From Candidatus Saccharimonadales bacterium (GTDB lineage: Bacteria; Patescibacteriota; Saccharimonadia; Saccharimonadales; 2-12-FULL-41-12), in contig JANWLD010000003.1 in assembly GCA_025451045.1 (NCBI GenBank), forward strand, positions 197,690 through 261,689: a stretch of 64,000 bases of DNA, written 5' to 3'. Below, piece by piece: positions 26,481 through 35,692 of this stretch. The notes beneath the pieces were generated by a model that had not been told where the DNA came from, ran no database searches, and saw nothing but the letters and a program-made list of their open reading frames with translations. How positions within the stretch are numbered: position 1 is the first letter of the stretch; each line of letters opens with the position of its first letter. The translations under genes and the position numbers were made by a program.

Positions 26481-27128
26481 ATGAGTCAACCAACATCACC
26501 GGAATTTTATGATGCTGCAAAACATTATGGCGTAGAGCATTTTTCAGATACTCAATCTCAAGTTTCTGCTGAATTAAGCCTGATGCTAAGAGGTGTAAGA
26601 GAGAATGACCCCGACGTTCGGTTTAGGAGTCAGGATTTAGCCGGATATCACTTCCTGCATTTTGGTGGTGATCCGGAGATTGTAGAGGAGGTAATAGAGA
26701 GTCGTCTTGCTGGCGCGGATGATAAGCCTTGGAACATTGAGACCCGGGAGCATTTGCGTAATACGATAATTGAAGCCGAGCCAAACTGGGAGCATGTATT
26801 GCCCGTCGGTAGAATAGCCATAGATGCGACTACCGAATTAGATTCATTAATCCAAGTGGATTTTCACAGAGGCGACAAATTTCTATATCCCGGAAACATG
26901 TTTCGAGAAGACCTTGCAATATATCTTGGCAGAAGCAGTTTTGATTATGATACGACAATGTATCTTGGGGAGGATAGGTTTGAGTATGGTAAAGAAAGAA
27001 TTTATATTGATAGCATCAAGATTGAAGGTCGCTATGTGGATACGCTGATCCAGGCTATTTCTGCTAATTCAAAAATGCTGAAAATAAATAGACAATCTCT
27101 TCTGCGTTCCTCAAAGAAGGAAGCTTAA
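26481..27128 (+). CDS. Hypothetical protein, tandem paralog 3 of 3 (most divergent)
   Basis: YHFLHFGGDP, GRIAIDAT and KFLYPGN occur in the same order as in paralogs 1 and 2. CATAAT lies 9 nt upstream of the ATG. Confidence 0.65.
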   Translation: MSQPTSPEFYDAAKHYGVEHFSDTQSQVSAELSLMLRGVRENDPDVRFRSQDLAGYHFLHFGGDPEIVEEVIESRLAGADDKPWNIETREHLRNTIIEAEPNWEHVLPVGRIAIDATTELDSLIQVDFHRGDKFLYPGNMFREDLAIYLGRSSFDYDTTMYLGEDRFEYGKERIYIDSIKIEGRYVDTLIQAISANSKMLKINRQSLLRSSKKEA

Positions 27129-27131
27129 GTT

Positions 27132-27371
27132 TTAGATAAGTTTCTTCTCGCGGAGTAGCAGGTCAAGATGCGGGCGGTTGAAGCCGATAATCACCTCGCC
27201 GTCAAAATCTATCACCGGTACGCCGAGTTGGCCGGATTTTTCAATCAACTTTTGGGCGCCGCCGGGAATTTCGTCAACCTTTACTTCTTCATAGGGAACC
27301 TTCAGGCCGCTCAAGTACTGCTTGGCCGCGTGGCAAAAGCCGCAAGTGCGCGTTGAATAAATCGTTATCAT
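27132..27371 (-). CDS. Glutaredoxin-like protein (NrdH/YruB type)
   Basis: MITIYSTRTCGFCHAAKQYL contains the CxxC motif, and GVPVI is present. The start was moved to the ATG at 27371; the upstream extension has no support. Confidence 0.8.
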   Translation of the reverse strand: MITIYSTRTCGFCHAAKQYLSGLKVPYEEVKVDEIPGGAQKLIEKSGQLGVPVIDFDGEVIIGFNRPHLDLLLREKKLI

Positions 27372-27406
27372 ACCGCTAATTATTATAACATTTTGCGGAT
27401 TTGGTA

Positions 27407-27435
27407 TTGATGTCGGCCAACAGGGGTGATATACT
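27407..27435 (+). promoter_or_regulatory. Sigma70-type promoter of the atp operon (TTGATG-17-TATACT), 8 nt from the ATG
   Basis: The -35 box is at 27407-27412 and the -10 box at 27430-27435. The ATG is at 27444. Confidence 0.5.
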
Positions 27436-27443
27436 GGCATTAA

Positions 27444-27707
27444 ATGATGGCAAAAGCCGCCGAAAAGGCGACTAATACTGATACGAAAACTAAAAAAGCT
27501 AAACGATTATTTTACGCCGGATTGTTTGATTTGAGTTGGCGATTGAGCGCGGCAATAATATTACCTGTCCTATTCGGTAGTTATTTGGACAAGCGATTTG
27601 ATAAAGATTCGCTATTTACAGTATTAGGATTATTAATTGGATTTGTACTGGCCGCACTGGTTATTCGCGGAGTAGTTATTAAGCTTCAAAAGGAGACAGA
27701 TGTTTAG
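27444..27707 (+). CDS. atpZ: AtpZ/AtpI-family small membrane protein of the ATP synthase operon
   Basis: It is 87 aa with 2 TM segments and is the first gene of the atp operon. It overlaps atpB by 8 nt. Confidence 0.65.
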   Translation: MMAKAAEKATNTDTKTKKAKRLFYAGLFDLSWRLSAAIILPVLFGSYLDKRFDKDSLFTVLGLLIGFVLAALVIRGVVIKLQKETDV

Positions 27708-28479
27708 TTTGTTTGCGGCCGAAGAGCTAAAGGTGGTGATAGCGCCGGAAACATTGTTCACTATAGGTAGTTACCAGATTACTAATTCGATGTTTTATGG
27801 CTGGATTTGCTCGGTAGTTATTATTGTATTGCTTTATCGAGCCCGAACAAGGATTACTCTGGCCGGTACGAAGGGCTTTAGCCAGCTTGTAGATGCCGGC
27901 GCCGAATTTATTGTTGACACTGTCAGTAACAGTCTCGGCAGCCGTAAACTGGCGCTTAAATACGCCCCGTTGTTCGCCAGCTTGTTCTTCTTCATTTTAA
28001 TAAGCAATTGGTTCGGCCTGATCCCGGGCGTGGGCCATTCAGTCCAATACAACCACGTGGCATTGTTCCGGCCGTTTACTGCTGACTTGAACGCAACCCT
28101 AGCCATGGCTTTGTTCGGAATGGTTGTCGTTCAAATCATTGCCCTAAAAGAATCCGGTTTGCGCGGTTATAGCAAACACTATTTCCCCGGTAAATTAACC
28201 AACCCGGCGACATATTTGATAGGCGCTTTTGAAATTTTCTCTGAGTTTACCCGCTTGTTAACGCTTGGGCTTCGGTTATTCTTCAATGTAGCCATCGGAG
28301 AAGTCTTGATTTCGGTCTTTGCTACTTTGGCTGGCTACGCCGGGCCGTTAGCCGCCCTGCCCTTCACTCTGCTCGAACTATTTGTCGGATTGCTTCAGGC
28401 GTTCATCTTTGTCGTGCTGTGCGCTTCATATTTATCATTAGCGATTTCACACCAGGAACATACCGAGGAGGCCGCCTAG
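27700..28479 (+). CDS. atpB: F0F1 ATP synthase subunit a
   Basis: The polytopic protein carries the conserved region LTLGLRLFFNVAIGE, which includes the essential Arg. Operon context supports the call. Confidence 0.9.
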   Translation: MFSLFAAEELKVVIAPETLFTIGSYQITNSMFYGWICSVVIIVLLYRARTRITLAGTKGFSQLVDAGAEFIVDTVSNSLGSRKLALKYAPLFASLFFFILISNWFGLIPGVGHSVQYNHVALFRPFTADLNATLAMALFGMVVVQIIALKESGLRGYSKHYFPGKLTNPATYLIGAFEIFSEFTRLLTLGLRLFFNVAIGEVLISVFATLAGYAGPLAALPFTLLELFVGLLQAFIFVVLCASYLSLAISHQEHTEEAA

Positions 28480-28542
28480 AGGAATATTAATTTGTTAGCA
28501 ACCATTAGGATATGTAATTATAAAAGTAAAGGAGGAAGATAA

Positions 28543-28773
28543 ATGGAAATATTAGCAGAAGCAGTAAACACAACAGTAATTGCCAAAGGAATCCTGCTTG
28601 GATTCGGCGGTATCGGTCCGGCCATCGCCATCGGCTTGATGGGGGCTTCATATATGACAGCTGTCAGCCGCAACCCGGAGTCGTCCAAGTTCCTTGGCCA
28701 GCTATTCATTTTTATCGGTATAGCCGAGGTTTTTGGAATTTTGGCGATAGCTGGATTCTTTATAGTTCAGTAG
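28543..28773 (+). CDS. atpE: F0F1 ATP synthase subunit c
   Basis: It is a 76-aa helical hairpin with the loop RNPE and the carboxylate in IGIAEVFGI. AAGGAGGAAG lies upstream. Confidence 0.9.
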   Translation: MEILAEAVNTTVIAKGILLGFGGIGPAIAIGLMGASYMTAVSRNPESSKFLGQLFIFIGIAEVFGILAIAGFFIVQ

Positions 28774-28791
28774 GTGGTTAAAAGTATATAG

Positions 28792-29334
28792 ATGATTGAA
28801 ACCTTGATAACAAAATTCGCAAGCGAAGAAACTGGCAGCGCGTCAGGCTTAGGGGCATTAGGCCTTGATTTTAAGGCTTTTATCATCCAGCTGATTACCT
28901 TTTTACTGGTGTTTTATATATTGAAGCGGTTTGTCTTTGAAAAAGTCGTTGAACTGTTGGAAAAACGCCGCAAGACAATAGAAGAAGGTATCAGCCTGAC
29001 GACCCGGATGCAGGCCGAAAAGGAAAAGCTTGACGAGGAAATAGCACTAGCCCATAAAGAAGTCAGAAAAGAGGCGGACGAATTGATTGCGGCCGCCCAA
29101 GAGCAGGCTACGGATATTCTCAAGCAAGCGGAAGAATCGGCACAGTCCAAGACCGAACGGCTGATTACTGAGGCCCGCGAAAAAATCAAAGAAGAAACCC
29201 AAAAAGCCAAGCGCGACCTGGAAAAAGACGTAGTTGATTTGGTGATTTCTACGACCGAACAGGTAACCCGCGAAAAACTGACTGGTACCAAGGACCGTAC
29301 GCTTATTAGCAATACCCTGAGGGAGCAGATATGA
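28792..29334 (+). CDS. atpF: F0F1 ATP synthase subunit b
   Basis: A single N-terminal TM segment is followed by a long charged helix. Its position in the operon supports the call. Confidence 0.85.
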   Translation: MIETLITKFASEETGSASGLGALGLDFKAFIIQLITFLLVFYILKRFVFEKVVELLEKRRKTIEEGISLTTRMQAEKEKLDEEIALAHKEVRKEADELIAAAQEQATDILKQAEESAQSKTERLITEAREKIKEETQKAKRDLEKDVVDLVISTTEQVTREKLTGTKDRTLISNTLREQI

Positions 29335-29726
29335 GTTTTTCCAGAACTTCTCTTGCAGGTGAGATTGCCAAACGCCTGAGCGGCAAACAGCCGAGAAAAC
29401 TGGCTAAAGAAGTCGCCGCTTATCTGATAGAAAATAACAAGGCGGCTGAGCTTAATTCCTTGGAGCGGGATATCATGGAAGAAAGAGGTGCTAAAAACGG
29501 TATTATTGAACTTACCGCTATCAGCGTCCATCAGCTGGAGTCAGCCCAAATTACGAATATCGAGCGGTTGGTCAAGAAACTTTATCCGAATTGCAAGCAA
29601 GTTATTGTAGACCAGGTATTGGACGAATCAATAACCGGCGGTGTCAGATTAGAGTTTGCCAACCAGTTGTTGGATCTTTCTGCCGGGGCAAAATTAAACA
29701 GATTAAGAAAACTAACCGCTAAATAA
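29331..29726 (+). CDS. atpH: F0F1 ATP synthase subunit delta (short, 131 aa)
   Basis: The C-terminal OSCP-like signature [25 protein letters not shown] is present. It sits between atpF and atpA. Confidence 0.75.
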   Translation: MSFSRTSLAGEIAKRLSGKQPRKLAKEVAAYLIENNKAAELNSLERDIMEERGAKNGIIELTAISVHQLESAQITNIERLVKKLYPNCKQVIVDQVLDESITGGVRLEFANQLLDLSAGAKLNRLRKLTAK

Positions 29727-29746
29727 GGAGAAGTGAAAAACAAACT

Positions 29747-31285
29747 ATGAGTCAGATATCAGTCAAGGAACTATCAGCAGACATAAGAAAAGCGATCGAT
29801 CAGCTGAAAAATCGACCAGAAATAGAAAACGTCGGTGTTGTTACTCGCAGCGCGGATGGAATCGCCTGGATATACGGTCTTCGGGCTTGCGGTGCCAATG
29901 AAGTGGTAGAGATAGAAGGAACCGACGGTAGCATGGTCCAGGCTTTCGCATTGAACTTAAGTGAGAATGAAATCGGCGCGGTATTGCTTGGCAGCGAGGA
30001 AAAAGTCAAGGCCGGAGCCAGGGTCAAGTTGACTGGAAAAGTCCAGCAGGTACCAGTCGGACCGGAATTAGTCGGCCGGGTGGTTGATCCGTTGGGACGG
30101 CCGTTGGACGACAAAGGTCCGATAAAGGCCAAGAAATTTAACAACATTGAACAGCCTGCCCCGGGTGTTTTGGACAGAAAAAGCGTTCATGAACCGCTGA
30201 TGACCGGTATTACCGCTATTGACGCGATGGTGCCTATCGGCCGCGGCCAGCGTGAACTTATCATCGGTGACCGCCAGACCGGTAAAACCGCGATTGCCAT
30301 TGATACGATGATAAATCAGTTTCGCCAAAAAACCGGGGTAATTAATATCTTCGTCGCTATCGGCCAAAAATCCAGCAAGACGGCTCGGATGGTTGAGCGG
30401 CTGAAGCGTGAAGGCGTCATGGGGCAAACCATCGTGGTCGCGACTTCCCCTTCCGACCCGGCCAGCTTGCAGTTCATCGCGCCATATGCCGGAGCGGCTA
30501 TCGGCGAGTATTTCCGAGATAACAAACAGCATGCGCTTATCATTTATGATGACCTTTCAAAGCATGCCAACGCTTATCGCCAGATGAGTTTGCTGCTTCG
30601 GCGCCCGCCGGGGCGCGAAGCCTTCCCTGGCGACGTGTTCTATCTCCACTCGCGTTTGCTTGAGCGCTCGGCCAAATTATCCGATAGTCTTGGCGGCGGC
30701 AGTTTAACCGCTTTGCCGATTATTGAGACCCAGGCTGGTGATGTCAGCGCGTTTATCCCGACCAATGTCATTTCAATAACCGACGGCCAGATTTATCTTG
30801 AAACCGATTTGTTCTATCAAGGTATAAGGCCGGCTATCTCGGTAGGTCTTTCCGTTTCGCGTGTTGGCGGCGCGGCCCAGACCAAAGCGGTAAAAAGCGT
30901 AGCCGGCAGTTTGCGTTTGAATTTGGCGCAATACCGCGAACTGGCGGCTTTTGCCCAGTTTTCGACTGATTTGGACGCTGAAACCAAACAACAGCTTGAC
31001 AGGGGCCAACGGCTGACCGAACTGTTAAAACAACCTCAATATTCGCCTTATTCTATCTGGGAGCAGACCTCGATGCTGCTAGCCGCCACTGAGGGCGCTT
31101 TTGACAAAGTTCCGGTACGCGATATCAAAAAGGCCGTCAATGCCCTGCTAAGCGAACTGAATCACAAGCACAAAAAAGCAATGGATAAATTAAACGAGGG
31201 TGACAAGCCCGATGACAAGCTAAAGAATACAATTTTGACCGCCGCGAAATCGATCGCTAAAGATTACAAGGAATCCGATAAATAA
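29747..31285 (+). CDS. atpA: F0F1 ATP synthase subunit alpha
   Basis: Contains Walker A GDRQTGKT and the motifs [20 protein letters not shown] and ITDGQIYL. Confidence 0.95.
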   Translation: MSQISVKELSADIRKAIDQLKNRPEIENVGVVTRSADGIAWIYGLRACGANEVVEIEGTDGSMVQAFALNLSENEIGAVLLGSEEKVKAGARVKLTGKVQQVPVGPELVGRVVDPLGRPLDDKGPIKAKKFNNIEQPAPGVLDRKSVHEPLMTGITAIDAMVPIGRGQRELIIGDRQTGKTAIAIDTMINQFRQKTGVINIFVAIGQKSSKTARMVERLKREGVMGQTIVVATSPSDPASLQFIAPYAGAAIGEYFRDNKQHALIIYDDLSKHANAYRQMSLLLRRPPGREAFPGDVFYLHSRLLERSAKLSDSLGGGSLTALPIIETQAGDVSAFIPTNVISITDGQIYLETDLFYQGIRPAISVGLSVSRVGGAAQTKAVKSVAGSLRLNLAQYRELAAFAQFSTDLDAETKQQLDRGQRLTELLKQPQYSPYSIWEQTSMLLAATEGAFDKVPVRDIKKAVNALLSELNHKHKKAMDKLNEGDKPDDKLKNTILTAAKSIAKDYKESDK

Positions 31286-31306
31286 TGAGGGATAAACCGA
31301 GGCGAA

Positions 31307-32173
31307 ATGTCTAATACCACTGCCCTAAAACGCCGCATCGGCAGCGTCAAAAACACTCGCCAGATTACCAAGGCGATGGAGCTGGTCGCGGCAAGCAAGA
31401 TGAAACGGGCCCAAGCCCAAGCCCAAGCCACCCGAGAATACCGAGTTTCTGCCCAGGGAATCTTAAGCCGTTTGGCCGGTATTACGGACGTATCTAATAA
31501 CCCGCTTTTCAGTGTGCGCGATACCAAGACCCACATGGTAATGCTGATATCCAGCGATTTGGGCCTGGCCGGCGGTTATGATGCCAATGTTTTTAAAAAA
31601 TTTACCGCGATGATGAAAGAAAACAGCAAGCACAAGGTCAAAACCATTGCCGTTGGCAAGAAAGCCGGCCAGTTCGTCTCTCGTCTTAAGGAAGTTGATA
31701 TGGCCAGCGCTTACGGAATGTTCTCGGATCACCCCTCGCCTGCCGATATCCGACCGGCTATTACAGACATATTGAAGCGGTATGAAGAAGGCAGTATCGA
31801 CAAAGCCAGCATCATTTATACCGAATTCATTTCCAACCTTACCCAGGAAGTCAGGGTTATCGACCTGCTGCCAGCCAAGGTAGAAAAACAGGAAAAAGTA
31901 TCCGAATTGGAAGTTGCTATCTTTGAACCGAATATTGATGAAATCGTCGAGGATGCAGTACTCCGCCTTATTGAAGTTCAGGTCTGGCAGGCGGTACTGG
32001 AAAGCTTGGCCTCTGAGTATTCGATGCGGATGGTAGCGATGAAAAACGCGTCGGATAACGCCAAAGACATCATAGATGATTTGACGCTGGAATATAACAC
32101 CGCTCGCCAATCAGTAATAACCCAGGAAATAGCGGAAATAGTCGGCGGCGCCGAAGCAGTAAGCCAATTATAA
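31307..32173 (+). CDS. atpG: F0F1 ATP synthase subunit gamma
   Basis: N-terminal IKRRIGSVKNTRQITKAMELVAASK and C-terminal NTARQSVITQEIAEIVGGAEA are typical gamma termini. Confidence 0.9.
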   Translation: MSNTTALKRRIGSVKNTRQITKAMELVAASKMKRAQAQAQATREYRVSAQGILSRLAGITDVSNNPLFSVRDTKTHMVMLISSDLGLAGGYDANVFKKFTAMMKENSKHKVKTIAVGKKAGQFVSRLKEVDMASAYGMFSDHPSPADIRPAITDILKRYEEGSIDKASIIYTEFISNLTQEVRVIDLLPAKVEKQEKVSELEVAIFEPNIDEIVEDAVLRLIEVQVWQAVLESLASEYSMRMVAMKNASDNAKDIIDDLTLEYNTARQSVITQEIAEIVGGAEAVSQL

Positions 32174-32184
32174 TAACAGAATAA

Positions 32185-34004
<1,820 letters not shown>

Positions 34005-34057
34005 TCGTTGCATAACGACTTGCAAATAATTAGCATTTGTGTCATTATTACATTATC

Positions 34058-34525
34058 ATGAATGGTGAGTACGATTTGGAAGGATTTAGACAAAACATTG
34101 GCCGAACTAGCCAGGGTATGAAGCTACCTGAGACTATACCTGCGGCCGTTAGAAAGATAGCCTTGGTAACGACTACTATGGTGCTGCCTGTAGAGGGCGA
34201 AAGAAGCCGCTCGGTAAAATACGTGACTTTATCAAACGAAGACGTAGCCTTAAGCGGTGACGAAGAAGACATTACCGTACATTTTCCGGTAAGAAAAGAT
34301 TCTGAAACAACTGAAGAGATGAAAGCAGGTATTGTCCAGCCAGCACCAGACGAAGCCGACAGCGTGGAGCCTATTCTTGTGGTACTTCGCCAACCAAAAG
34401 AACAATATGTTGCTAAAGGCAAAGCCGTAGATTATAAAGCGGAAGTTGAAAACAGGATTGCAGCAGAATTTGTGCTAGATCATTTGGATCAATTTCCGGC
34501 TAGATCCCTCTTTGAAGACGGCTAA
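34058..34525 (+). CDS. Hypothetical acidic protein
   Basis: ORF with an ATG at 34058. An upstream promoter-like element reads TTGCAA(34019)-17-TGtCATTAT. No family was recognised. Confidence 0.5.
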   Translation: MNGEYDLEGFRQNIGRTSQGMKLPETIPAAVRKIALVTTTMVLPVEGERSRSVKYVTLSNEDVALSGDEEDITVHFPVRKDSETTEEMKAGIVQPAPDEADSVEPILVVLRQPKEQYVAKGKAVDYKAEVENRIAAEFVLDHLDQFPARSLFEDG

Positions 34526-34548
34526 ATCTGAATACCTGCCAAGACCCC

Positions 34549-34577
34549 TTGATTTAATGCTCCGACAGGAGTATATT
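34549..34577 (+). promoter_or_regulatory. Sigma70-type promoter (TTGATT-17-TATATT) ahead of the 34700 gene
   Basis: The -35 box is at 34549-34554 and the -10 box at 34572-34577. This implies a leader of roughly 100 nt containing a duplicated CAGAGGAAA..GGACT element (34610-34623 and 34678-34695). Confidence 0.45.
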
Positions 34578-34699
34578 ATTTTACTGTTTGAATAATATAA
34601 ATAGCTAATCAGAGGAAAGGACTGAGGCACAGAATAAGCGGTGCGGGATTTTTTGGTGCGTCAAGATAAATGGAAACCAGAGGAAATATAGGACTCGAA

Positions 34700-35692
34700 A
34701 TGAACGAACAAGATAAAACTTCAGAATATAAAGTAACCTGCTTATTACCTGAAGGGCTGGGTTACGGAGAAGGAAGCATTTCGGTTGAGCAAAGGTTGAA
34801 CGACCCAAACGATCCCCTTACGTCTGAAATAATAGATAAAGTCGATACGATAATAGCTGGCGGAGAGATATTAGTAGCAAGACAGGGTTCGGATGACGGC
34901 TGCCCTGACGGCAGACGGGCTGGCCGTTTTATGAAAGGGCTTAAGTTTTTGGAGCACGCCTATAACCGTGTTAAAACATTTGGCGGTGGCCTTACGCAGA
35001 GTGTCGCTTCTCAGGTAGGACTTGGGCGGGCAAAAAGTGGTTTGAGAAAACTATTTAAGAGTGAAGCAGACGAGCTTGAAAAAGCCGGCATAGATTATGG
35101 CGCACATACCCACAAGAACGCATCAGGTGACGAATCTGGCTGCGGCGCAATCGATCAGGCCCCGTTAATCGTGTCAAATGTAGGGGTATTTAGAAAACAA
35201 ATAAAGCAAACCATAGGTGGGCTCAAGGATTTGCTTGGAAGAAACGGCGTCGATGCATCCGATGAAAATTCTAACGAAGTGCTGGATAATTTTGAAGACT
35301 ATGCCAAAGAGCATCCAAATGATGATTACACGGGTAGGTCGGTGATAGAAAATGTCCTTGAAAAGGAAAGAGTAGTTGCTGAGCTTGAAGACGACCATCT
35401 TGAGGTTGCAATAGTTATAAACCTGGTTGAAGGTATGACTGTCGACCAGGAACTGATCCGATCCGTTACCGAAGATGTTGCTCAGGTTTTCCCCATAGAC
35501 CTACCGAGAAAAATGGAAATCGCGGATAAACGTTATGATGACGAGGATGATAGCGTCAAGTCAAAAGCTGTTTTATCAATGCTTGCTTATGCGCTTTCTA
35601 CTTCGGCTACCCTTACTGATGGTACTTTGCGCGTTTATGTCATCGAACCTGTCGAAGAAAGCCAGAAGATGCCTGAACCGGCTTTAGTTTAA
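34700..35692 (+). CDS. Hypothetical protein with CxDxR and CGA(I) motifs (possible divergent beta-carbonic-anhydrase-like metal site)
   Basis: Contains DDGCPDGRRAG and, about 70 aa later, GAHTHKNASGDESGCGAIDQ. The ATG at 34700 has AGGA about 7 nt upstream; 34670 is an alternative start. Confidence 0.5.
   Translation: MNEQDKTSEYKVTCLLPEGLGYGEGSISVEQRLNDPNDPLTSEIIDKVDTIIAGGEILVARQGSDDGCPDGRRAGRFMKGLKFLEHAYNRVKTFGGGLTQSVASQVGLGRAKSGLRKLFKSEADELEKAGIDYGAHTHKNASGDESGCGAIDQAPLIVSNVGVFRKQIKQTIGGLKDLLGRNGVDASDENSNEVLDNFEDYAKEHPNDDYTGRSVIENVLEKERVVAELEDDHLEVAIVINLVEGMTVDQELIRSVTEDVAQVFPIDLPRKMEIADKRYDDEDDSVKSKAVLSMLAYALSTSATLTDGTLRVYVIEPVEESQKMPEPALV

Noticed and set aside
26404-27146. 14-bp repeat TAGATAAGTTTCTT at 26404-26417 and 27133-27146 flanking paralog 3 (the second copy is the glutaredoxin 3' end), reminiscent of the smpB duplication
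   Set aside because: Several exact 14-mer coincidences are expected by chance in a 64-kb window. Similarity does not extend convincingly beyond the 14 bp, so it is not treated as an insertion footprint.
28543-28773. Possible Na+-specific c-subunit
   Set aside because: The carboxylate context is AEVFG, with no Ser/Thr after the Glu, and helix 1 lacks the Gln of the Na+-binding signature. It looks like an ordinary H+-type c-subunit.
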